From Callorhinchus milii (taxonomy: Eukaryota): DNA of 64,000 bases. The notes beneath the pieces are model-generated. The model ran no database searches. It was given only the letters and a program-made list of their open reading frames with translations, and was not told where the DNA came from. Positions 1-11,600 of this stretch are shown here, piece after piece. The stretch spans positions 8,744,001 to 8,808,000 of the forward strand of contig NW_024704742.1 in the NCBI RefSeq assembly GCF_018977255.1. Reading direction: 5' to 3'. The translations under genes were made by a program, and so were the position numbers. Within the stretch, counting starts at the first letter, position 1, and each line of letters starts with the position of its first letter.

Positions 1-368
1 ACCCTCTCGCTCCTCCACAAACCTCTTCATGCCTTGGCACCTCCCTACCTCTCCGACCTGCTTACACCCCAACCCACTACCCGCTGCCTCCACTTGGCTG
101 ACCGGCCTCCTGCTCGTCCCTCACTCCCTCACTTCCCTTTCATCGGCGGCTGTGCTTTCAGTCACTACCTCTCGAAGCTTATGAACTCTCTCGCCCAATG
201 CATCCACCTCGCCCCCTCCTTCCCCCTTTTTAGATCATGACTGAAGACCTCCCCTTTTGACCATGTTACCGTCACTTCCCGCTGGCTCAGCACTAGGCTC
301 CGGCACTATTACGTGCTCTGAGAAGCTACCCAACATGTAGGGCGGTGTGTAAATGCAAGTTGTTGTTT
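1..368 (+). mobile_element. L2 3' fragment
   Basis: LAPPYLSDLL..IGGCAFSH motif; ends aaatgcaagttgttgtt. Confidence 0.8.
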
Positions 369-535
369 TTAATTATTAATGATGTTCTTTTTAAGAAATT
401 TATACATAGTGCAGAGCTATTACAGATGTCTTTCATCACATTCGTGAAAGTTTTTGTCACCAAGTTGATACACGTAGATGTCTACATGGCAATGCAGCTT
501 GAACACCTCATATTGACCTGAGTAAGGCCTCTCGA

Positions 536-800
536 TTAATAATAATAATCCTTGCATTTGATATACTGCTTTTCATGTCTTCGAGACGTCTCAAAGCACT
601 TCACAGAATATATTGTAAAATGAATTGACTGTATATTTGTGGGCAAAACACGGCAGCCAATTGCGCCCCAATTTTTTTTTGAGGGAATTATCAGGCATTT
701 GGAGTAAAGAAACTTGCCCAAGGTTTTTCCCTGCCAAGGATTGAAACCCAAGTCTCTCGCTTGCGAGGTGAGTGTTCTAACCACTGAGCTACAGGACTCC
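536..800 (-). mobile_element. tRNA-SINE, same family
   Basis: Head ggagtcctgtagctcagtggttag and (ATT)n tail. Confidence 0.85.
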
Positions 801-2415
801 CATATCTATTCTGTATATATTTGTTCCCCTCAAAATATACAACAATAAATTTTATTTGCATACTGGGAGGACGTCCAAAGGCACTGGACAATGAATGGTT
901 TGTACACGAGTTACGGATTGGGATCAGAGAGGGTTGGGAGGCAAGGGGGATAGAGAAGGAAAGATGACCAAAGTCACAGTCGAAAAGGATTGTCTTGAGG
1001 CTGGTCTCAAAGCATTTAATAGCTTAGTGGTTAGAGCAACCACCTCGCAAGCAAGTGGACCTGGGTTCAATTCCTAGCAGTTTGAAGCACTTTGAAACGT
1101 CTCAGATACGTGATAAAGCGCTATATCAATGCAAGGATTATTATTATACTGTAAAACTTTACCCTGTGAAGTGTTTCTAGATATCTCAATGTTATAAGGC
1201 GCTATACCGAATGCAAGGATGTTATTATATTTTGAGAATAGTAATGCATCGTTCAGCCTGGCTCAGTTAGTAGCACTCTAACCTCTGAGGCAAAGATTTG
1301 GTGGCTTCACAGTATATTTTGTGAAGCGCTTTGAGACTTATCAACAACATAATAATGTGAAATGTGAAATGTGAAATGCAATTTTTTTTAAATGCGATAG
1401 AACGGTCTAATAAATGAGAATTCATTGTAAAGCCAATGTACCTTGCAAACTAAAACTAGTTCTGATAAACTATGCAATTTCGAGGATTCTACATAAGAAC
1501 ATAAGAAAGGCTAGACAGAAAAAGAACATCTGGTTCACCTTCCATCATCCTGGCGGTCACATGTACATATGTCCCAAACTACCCATGTACTATATCCCAT
1601 AATGTTATTTCCTAAAAGAAATCTATTCTGTGTTTGAAGGAATCAATAGTTCCTGTTTCAACCGTCTTGTCGCAACTTCCCCATAGATTCCTATCGGAAC
1701 AAAGTACAAAATACCAGCATTAAACCACAAACTAATTTATGTCACTGCACAGTATTGCACAAGTCATGAGGTTACATATTTACCGCAGCTCTCACTAACT
1801 AACCATGTAAAAGATGGCCTCATGGGTCCTCTGAACTCAGGTAAGATTCTCAGGATGAACCTCTAGATCAGTCCTGGCAGGGGCTCCGACACTGTTGGGG
1901 AAGCTCGTACTAGTGACAAAGATGAAACCCTATCAAAGCTGTGTTTTGCCCCTCCCCACAAAGCAATACGAAGAGAGACTCTAGCCCGGGCTCCCCTAGT
2001 TAATCCAGTCGATCGCAATCAACTTCTTGGAACATCAAGCAGTGGCCGCTGAACACCTGCACTAGTCCAGGTATCTCCACACTGAGCCACGATACCCAGT
2101 GTGGCCATAAATGAGGAAAAATGCAACTTGTGTTTATATCGTGCCCTTCACGCTGTACGGCATCTAGGAGCGCTTAACAATGGCAGAGCCCGATACCGAG
2201 CCAGGGGGATAAGTGACTATAGACACAGTCGAAGAGCAAGGTGTTCAAGTGGACCTGAAAATGGGGAGAGAGGGGGCAGGCGAACGGATTGAGGGAGAGT
2301 TCCACAGCTTCGGGGTGTAGTGGTTGAAACGACGATGACTGCTCCAGACGCACCAGGACAGTGCGCGCATATGGTATAAATTAAAGAATCAAAAGATGGC
2401 AGTTACATTGAGCAG

Positions 2416-2421
2416 TTTATT
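2416..2421 (-). terminator. Probable SRP72 polyadenylation signal AATAAA
   Basis: tttatt on + strand about 100 nt past the stop codon. Confidence 0.6.
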
Positions 2422-2517
2422 CACAGGAATACATTGTCTGATACAAGAGCTCACAGACTGAATATTCGATGTGGTCTCAATGCATATCCATCAGATGCAT
2501 TCCATAATCATCTGCCA

Positions 2518-2683
2518 TCACCATCCACCTTTCCCACCCTTTTTCTTTTTCTGTTGCTGTTTTTTCTTGGAGGCCGCTGAAGGTTTCTGCTGCCGCGGTG
2601 GCACAATGTTGCTGGAAGTTCCAGAGGCTGTGGTTCCAGGCCGGGGAGAGGTGGGTGGACTGCTTGCCATCTTACTGGCATCA
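2518..2683 (-). CDS. SRP72: SRP72 exon 19 (coding part)
   Basis: [54 protein letters not shown] then TGA at 2520-2518. Confidence 0.96.
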
Positions 2684-5600
2684 CTGTAATAGAGGCAGAT
2701 AATAATAATAATCCTTGCATTTGATACAGCGCCTTTTCAAGACATCTTCTAGACGTCTCAAAGCGCTTCACAGAATATACTGTAAAGTGAATTGACTATA
2801 TTTGTGGGCGAAACGTGGCAGCCAGCAGTGTCCCACAGTCGTGGAGCGAGTGACCAAATTATTATTACCAACGGAAAAGTGATCCCCCAATCAACTAACC
2901 ACCGGGTTCCTATTTACTGCTAGGTAAACAGAGGAGTGTGGAGTAAGGAAACTTGCCCAACGTTTCACCCTGCCGGGAATCAAACCCAGGTCCTCTCGCT
3001 TGTGAGGCGAGTGCTCTAACCACTGAGCTACAGGACTCCAGTTCACACTTAATAGAAACTACGAATTAGAACAATTAAAATAGAGGAAATTCCAATCCGT
3101 AAGGACAATTTTAATGCCACTAATCATTTTGCTTCCCTCCTGAAAATGTTTCACTACATTTTACCTACTTGGGGTTTGGAGAGGTTACAACATCACACTG
3201 AAAGCTGTCGAGCTTTCAGCCTCTATGCCCCCACTCTCTAGAATACCAGCGGGGAGTCCTTCCAACTTGCTCCCTCCCTCACCCTGTTCAAGGTCCATCT
3301 CATGACCTACCTCTTTGATTGCTCTTTGGGTTATTTTTCCCCTCCCCCACCCCTTTGGCTCCTACTTCCAGCTGGGGCACCAAACCACTTTGCAGCACCA
3401 AAGTGTGAAAGACGTCATATAAATATAGATTTGTATTGTATCAGTTGCCCTTAAGTGTGAATATAGACAGTGTTGGTAAGCTATTCATGGGTGGGGGGAA
3501 TACATCAGTGCAGCACAACTATATATAATTATGACCTATAGAATGTCACTTGTCAGGAGATCCTGCAATACACACCATTAAATTGTACAAGGCCTTCTGC
3601 AGCAGAAGGAAATGTTATGAGCAGCCTGATCTCACCAAACTGAGCTACCTCACTCAGGATACAGATTGCCGCTTTTATCACGAAGTTATGGTTAAGCCAC
3701 TTCTTCTGTGAAAATACTATTCACACAGTCTGACTCAACTCCGCACATCGGCCAAGAAACTGCTCAATGACTGCATCAGGAAACTTCTCTGAGGCTTCAG
3801 CCAGTTCCTCTCCACTCATACAAAACACTGCCTGCTTTAGCCCATCAGAGTTGGTTTTCTCGCAACTTCCTGTGCGATGAGGCAGATGAATCTGTCCCCT
3901 TGAGAGACCGTCTGCGATTCCTATGCCACAGTGGGTGATGCACACGTCTCAACCTTTCCTCCATGCAGTACTTTCAGTAATTTCTGTATATACAGGTATG
4001 GTTGGAGTGTGTATAAATATATATGTCTGTCTATATATCTTAACTGTAAATAAAAATATAAAAACTTACCTCTGCTAAAGTGAAAGACTTGTGTGGATGT
4101 GAGAAGGTACAGATCTCACGAGGTTACTAAGAGGCACAAATTACAAACCTGGTGTGCATGTGCTCAACTTCCCACATGCACATAATACACACATACACAC
4201 ACGCATATACACATACACGCACACCCACACACACAAACATACATACCCACACATGCATACACACATACAGCAGAGCAGTAGATATCTGCCAATTGTCCAC
4301 TCGTCCACTGATGAAGAAGCTGGACGACACTGCAGAAAAAATCCCATTACTTGCTTGTGGGAAGTTAAGCACCTGCGCACCAGGTTGCTAAGGACATAAT
4401 TTGTGCCTCTTGTCTTGTGATCTACACATCCACACAGCCCTTCTTCAGCTGTAAAAAATGTTTTATATTTACAGTTGAGATGTACAGACAGACAGAAAGC
4501 GAGAGAGAGAGCAGATAAAATATATACATATAGTAAAACTGGGGGAAAGAGAGAGAGAAAAATGCAGAAAAAGTAAAGAATCCTTTCCTTTTCATCAACA
4601 TTTTAACTTACTGTTTCAGCATTTGGCAGCATTATAAATAAGTTAAAACTGGGAAAAAATGGCATTGATTTTTGCAAACACTTACAGCTCGGCTGATCCC
4701 CCTGCCATTGCCCCCTGTGTTCCTTTCCCGATCTGCTCCTTCTTCTTTCCCTTCTTTCTTCCACGATAATACGAGCGCTCCCGAATAGGAAGCCACCGTT
4801 CCGGGTCCGGAGTCGCTTTGGGGTCATAATTCTTGGGTAGTTTCCCTGTATAATAAAAGATAAGGAGACGAATTACACAGGCAGGTTTAGGATTGAGAAA
4901 CATTGAGTGCATTGTTCTGCCTCTTCTGCCAAATTAGTCTATTCCACAGAAATGGTAGGACTCCTTTGAGTGTAGATAATTCTAAACAAACTTCTGCTTC
5001 CCTGTGTTGAGTATTTCTATATGTCTTGTGATGATATAGTCACCTGGTCACTCACTTGTTGGCAAATTGGCTGCCACATTTGCCTTCAAAATAATAAATT
5101 GTCAAAGAACTACACTTTACAGTATATTCTGTGAAGCACTTTGAGGCATCCGGCAGACATGAAAGGCTATTATTAAATACAAGGATTATTATTCATTATT
5201 TAAGATAAAACCTGTACTAATATAACAGTAGTATAGCCACTTACTTATCCCTCCAACACAAGTTGTTGTTTCTCTTTGCCTCTAGAGCTGGAGCATTTTT
5301 ATGTTTGCAGTATTTCAAGTGTGACCCAAATAGCTTGTGTTTGACTTCCGGGTTATTCATGCCCATGAAATGCCCAGCAGCCCATTGAATATACTGTGAA
5401 GTGTAGTGACTGTATATTTTGTGGGCGAATCACGGCAGCTAATTGCAGACAGCAGTGTCCCCACAAACAGTCATGGATTAAGGTGACCAAATTATTTTTT
5501 TAACCTTATTTTGGGGGGGAGGGATTATTACCCCCGGAAAAGTGATCCACCCATCAACTGACAACCGGGTTCCTATTTACTGCCAGGAAAACAGGCATGT

Positions 5601-8600
5601 GGAGTAAAGAAACTTACCTAAGGTCTCGCCCTGCCCGGGAATCGAACCAAAGTCCTCTCGCTTGCGAGGGAGTGTTCTAACTATTCTAACAGGCGTCCAC
5701 ATTGAAGTGATTTTTACCACATCATAATTTAATTACCACTTAACCCCCATTGCCTCTAGTTCTACCATTTTATTGCAATTGCTGCTGGCAGATTTTAAAA
5801 TGTATATTGTATGCACGAAAGAAAAAACACAGTACAACCCATTTTAGTCTTTCCTTTTCACATTTCTGCCTGGTCTTGACCTCTGGTGCTTTCTGAGATC
5901 CTATCCTTGCATTTGGTAGAGCCTTTCATGTCAGGAGGCCACATCAAAGCACTTCACAGGATATACTGGAAAGTGTAGTAACTGTGTATTTGCAGTGAAC
6001 TAGGCAGCCAATTTGTGCACAGCAATGTCCCACAAACAGCCATGAAAGGAATGACCAATTTTATTTGGGGGATTCCTGGTCAGGACACCCCGAGAAAGAT
6101 AATTTGAGAGAATGTTTTGTCAATGTACAGAATTACAACAATGACTTACTCCACGTATCAAAGTAGTACAATCTCAATTAAGAAAGAAAACTAAATAAAA
6201 CATAGTAGTTGTCACCATCTCTGAGAGGGGAGGTGGATGTTCAAAAAATACCTTTCTTTTTCTTCTTCTTTTTCTTCACATCTCCTTGTCTTTAAAAGAA
6301 AAAGGGAAACATGAACACTTGAAGCAGATTCCAGATAAAAGTCACAGGAGAAAACTTGTACACGTATATCAAGAAAAACTGGAATATTATGGACAATTCG
6401 GGGATGTCTAGGTTTCCACAGAAATACCAAATTGTATTTTTCGGACTGTGGAATCAATATAGTCTCAGTTGCAACAGAAACTTCAATCAATGCATCACAC
6501 TGTTTGATTTTCCTTTGGTCAGGTATCTGACACATACGGAAATCCACCACCATGCTTAAGGGTATCTAAACCCAACAGAGTTCCATGCATCCCACCCACA
6601 CATGGCAATTCCTGTTTGTTGGAATGGAATGCTCTCTCGCTGGAGGAACACACCCTGCTTACATAACACCAGAGAGTATTAGGCGCAGGTTGGAACGAAC
6701 CAAGGCTTGGGGACCCCAGAGTGTGCAAAGGGGAACGGATGGAGTTTAACCAGCTACAAACCGCACAGCCTGCTATTGAAAGCAGTCTGACAAGCTTTGC
6801 TGTTCATCTGGGCAACACAAAGCAGTTTTAACAATATGTGTGGTTCTAATGTAAGAGCAATTACTGGACAGAGGATTAGATTTAAACATTGGGCAAAGAT
6901 ATTCTGCCCATATTAAATGCAAAAGTTAAGCTATCTACATACCCCTGTTCTTTCACTTGGATTTCACCTGCTACCTTTGCAGCCTTTTTCCTTATGTACG
7001 TTGCCCCATGTGAACTCTCTAAGGCATCAACATCCACTTTGAAAGACATAGCCTCAGGTGAAGGTAGATGCTTGCTAAGTCTGTGCAGGAAATGTTCAGG
7101 AAATTAAAGTGCCAAAAGATTGAGAGCAATAATCTTCTGAATTACACAAATGTAGATTTGCCAAAACATCCTCTCACCTTTAACAGCAAATCATGTGCTT
7201 TTAACAATAAAAATTCCACCTAAAAAGGCTAAACTTTTTTTGTAAAATAATTCTCTACAGTACGAAAAAGATACGTCTTGGCCTTTTCTGGGTCCACCAA
7301 TGAATATGCTGAGATGAGCTGTGCCAAAGTCCATATGTCTTTAGGATTCTGTCTGGAATGACACGACTGGTATTAGTTGTCAAAAAGAAGCAAGATTGAT
7401 GTATGAACGATTTTATTTATCTCCTTTCCTTCCTGTCCTCTCTCACTTCTCTCCTCTGTCTCTCATAATCCTCTGAATTATTTACCAGGTTGGGCAAATG
7501 GTAACAAACACTATGAGTGCCCTGCCCACTCTCCTCATCCCCCCACCCCCACACACCACCTGCACTGTCTCCTCCAGCCCCCTCCATGCCCCAGGGCTGA
7601 CACTGATCGCTCTGCTCCCAGTCTCGGCGTGCGCGTTTGGCTGCCACCCTGAACCCGAGCCACCCCCCCCAAAATGCCCCCACTCCTACTCCCCACCCTT
7701 CGTTACTCCGACTCAGTACTTCTCTCCTACTGTCCTCCCCACTCGCTGCTTCTGCTTGGCTGGCTCCGGCCTCTCTTTGTCCCTCGCCCCTCTGCTCCTC
7801 CAACGGCAGCCGTGCCTCTCTCCCTAAATCCCTCCGTCTTGATCCCTCCTACCCCACCTTCAAATCTGGCCTGATGATCTTCCTTTTTGATCGTGCTTAA
7901 GGTCACCTCCCCCCTCCCTCTCCCCCTGGCTTGGGGGTCAGACTCCGCCACCATGAAGCACTCCAGGACGCTACCCCACAAGATGGGCGCTATATAAATG
8001 CAGGTTGTTGTTGAAAGTCTTGAAAAGTTTATCAGGAAGCAACTACTGTACCAAGAACAGTCATAAAGTGTGGGAGGAGAGAGACCCACCAGTAAACAAT
8101 CAAATAAATCACATATGAACAATTATCCCTTTTAGCAGGAAGATTAAATGATCTTCCAATCACCTGGTTTGAAAACCACTGTTATGCCCACTCGGTGATT
8201 CATTTACACTCTGAAAATCTTACTGTAATCTGAAATACTGAGGTAATCTGAACTGTTCAAAAGTAACAAAATAAAATCTCAACAAGACTCACCTCCAGAG
8301 CTGCTCTAAATCACTGATTGCTTCTTTCTGTCGCCCATATTTCAGCTTAAAGTTAGCTGCTTCCCTTACCAATAACAAATGACTTGGAGAATTAGCCTGT
8401 GTTTAAAGAAAAATTAATGTAAAGTGTAGGAAACAACAACAACAAATTACATTTGTATAGCACCTTTCACGTCGGGAGGATGTCCAAAGGTTTGGACCCG
8501 AGCAGGGGGTTGGGATAAGGAGGGATGGAGGGTAGGTGTAGGAGGCTGACCAAATGAGCGGACAATGAGGAGGGTCTTGAGATATTCCTTGAAGGAACCT

Positions 8601-11600
8601 GCTGAGCGGAAGGACCTATTACCAACTCGTTCCAGGTAGCCAAATTGGCATTTATTCCACAAGAATTCTAACATGGGGTAGGTGAAGAAAAGCAGTTTGG
8701 GTTAGATACCAGGTGTGAGACAAAAGACGATCTGAGGAGTGAACCCCATTCACTGATGGCTGTTTTAGGATCTTCCTGGTGTAAATGGTTGCCGTGTTTT
8801 CCTACAAAAGCAGTCTGTACATTTGAGAATAGTTACTTGTGAAGAACTTCCAGGCATTTCAACATAAGAAAGTTCTTTAGACAGAGATCGATTGACACTG
8901 ATTTATAAACGTTAGGTGCAATGCGTGGCCATTGTAGTAGAAGTCCGTCTTATTAGGGGGATTGTTGGCCTGGTCATCGAGAGAAACTCCCTTCTTTTTT
9001 CGAATAGTGCCGTGGGGTCTTTAACATCCATCTGAACAGGCAGACCTCAGTTTAACATTTCATCCAAAGGAGAGCACTTCTAACAATGCAGCGCCACCCA
9101 GAACTATACTAAAGTGTTGTCTTAGATGATGAGCTCAAAGTAGTGACACAGATCTTGAACCCACAGCCTTCCGACTCAGAGAGAGTGCTACCAACTGAGC
9201 CAGGCTAACGCTCGTTTGAAATATCACTGTACACAAAGATACTCACCTCGTGTTTTTCGTACCACTGGATGGCCTGGGAGAAGATGTCGATGGCACTATC
9301 AATATCTTCCTCATGGCTATACATAGTCACCAGTGCCGATACCTATTGAAACAAAAATAATTTACTGAGCAGAATTTTAAGGCACCACTGCAGTAAATCC
9401 AACCCCAAAAATTAAAAACATAGAAAAATGGCACACTTGGAATCATTCCATCAAATACAAAAATGTGAGGATTATATTCCAATACAGATTTAAATGATGA
9501 ATTTGACAACTTCAAAACAATTGATTATTTCAATCAAAGCATTAGTGATCAAAGGTATCTCGTGCGGAATTCCACAGGACTCCTCCCCCTTCCAAACGTT
9601 TAGCCAGAATCCGCACAATTTACTGTCTGTCTCTTCTGATTTCCCCAGCGTACTGGGTGACCTCACCCACGTACATTTACCAACTTTGCTGGAATTTCAA
9701 TACCTCAGCATTTTCTGTGAACTGTAGCAAATCTATCACTTTACTCATGTGAAAGGTTACAGGACTGAACGTGAATATTCTGAAGCATTTTATGTTCCAT
9801 TGATAAGGACATTTGCTTCTGAATAAGATCACTCGGATCAGGTACTCTGTTCGTGCATTTAGAAACAAGAGATCGTAACATTCTTCTGCCTCAGTACCCA
9901 TCAGTATCCAGTGCCTTGGGACGTCTTCCCAACGTGAAAGGCGCTATACAAATGTAGTTTTGTATTGTATCCTTACAGTACTTAGGTACTTGTCACTGAG
10001 TAGTGAACCAACCTTATTTTTTGATGTTTAAAGCACTCCGAGATGCCGTGCAGAGTGAAGGGCGCTATATAAATGCAAGTTGTTGTTGCTGTTCATCAGC
10101 AGAAACAGCTGCAAAAAATACTTACTTCCTTTGACGGCAAATACATAAGATGGGGAGGGAAAGAAATAGTAGGAAATAAACAGCTCAATGTGAAGCTAGA
10201 AAATGGCATACCCTCTCAAAGCTGTGGCCAAACAAGCTGTTGAAACAATTCATTACAGCACTTAACCTAAAGTAATCCAGCTCACAGAAGCTTAGACTGT
10301 ACGTTCGTAGGATTGCTGTACAATACACAAGGTCTGATAACTCACCATCCCTGGTTTGTTCTGCTTTTCCTCAATAGATCGTAAGATGTCACATGCTTTG
10401 GTAACATGACCTTTTTAGGGGCAGAAAATCAAAGATTCAATTCACTTTCATTTCTGATAGAAGATATTGGAAGAAACTTGCGCAAGAATCCCTATAATTG
10501 GTTCTTATCTTCGAAACACAAGCTGCCCGGAGTAATTTGTTCTGTGACCGGCTGCTGAACACCAATTTTACCACATTCACAAACTAAATGAAGAAACATT
10601 ATATCTCAGCATTCCACTTTTGGAAACACAAGAAAATTAGACTCCTAATTTGAAGGACAGTCCCCAAATTCATATCTGGATTAGATACAAGATAAAATAA
10701 TGCACAAAATATAGAACTCTATTTTTCAAATACTTGAAAATAAACCTTTTTATTGCTTTTAGATATGTCAACAACCATAATGCAGTTACAGTGCCTTTTA
10801 TATTGATTGCCTTTTGTAAACAAAAACTATCGGGGCAGTTAGCTCACTTCATACACTGACGTTTTACGTTGATAATAATAATAATAATAATAATCCTTGC
10901 ATTTGATATAGCGCTTTTCACGTCGGGAGGACGTCCCAAAGCACTTCACAGAATACACTGTAAAGTGAATTGACTGTATATTTGTGGGCAAATGTGCACA
11001 GCAATGTCCCACAAACAGTCGTAGATTGAAAATGACCAATTTATTATTGTTTATGGTTTTGGAGGGATTATTATTAGGCTCTGTATGGAGTAAGGAAACT
11101 TGCCCAAGGTTTCGCCCTCTGCCTGGAATTGAACTCAGGTCTCTCACTTGCAAAGCGAGTGCTCTAACCACTGAGCTACAGGACTCCAAGCTACAGGACT
11201 TGATGCATGGAGACTAAAGACACAACACTATATAAGGAGATGGCATTCTGCAGAATAGTAAACAGCTTTCTCTCCTCTGTTTCTGGAGGAGAGAGACAGT
11301 GGAGTCTCTCTCCAGAGCGCACGTCTCGCAAGCGAGAGACCCAGGTTCGATTCCTGGGCAGGGGGAAATATTGGGTAAGTTTCTTTACTCCACACACATG
11401 CCTCCATTTACCTCGCAGTAAGTAGGAATCCGGTTGTTAATCGATTGGTGGATTGCTTTTCCGGGGATAATAATCCGTTACAAAAAATTCAATAATAATA
11501 ATTATAATAATCGCTGTGAAGCGATTTGCAATGACTTGAAGACGTGATAAGGCGCTATATCAAATGCAACGATTATTATTATATATAGATAGTGTGCAGC

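Noticed and set aside
3721..3983. 74-aa ORF or extra coding exon in intron 18
   Set aside because: GTG start, no recognisable homology, splicing from exon 18 hits a stop within three codons, and the donor is weak.
4300..4345. Hammerhead ribozyme suggested by CTGATGA...GAAA
   Set aside because: No stem II between CUGAUGA and GAAA; the motif sits in the loop of another hairpin and on the antisense strand.
4024..4494. A 7SL RNA gene or pseudogene
   Set aside because: Similarity is limited to 17 nt; no Alu domain, helix 8 GAAA motif or Pol III terminator context.
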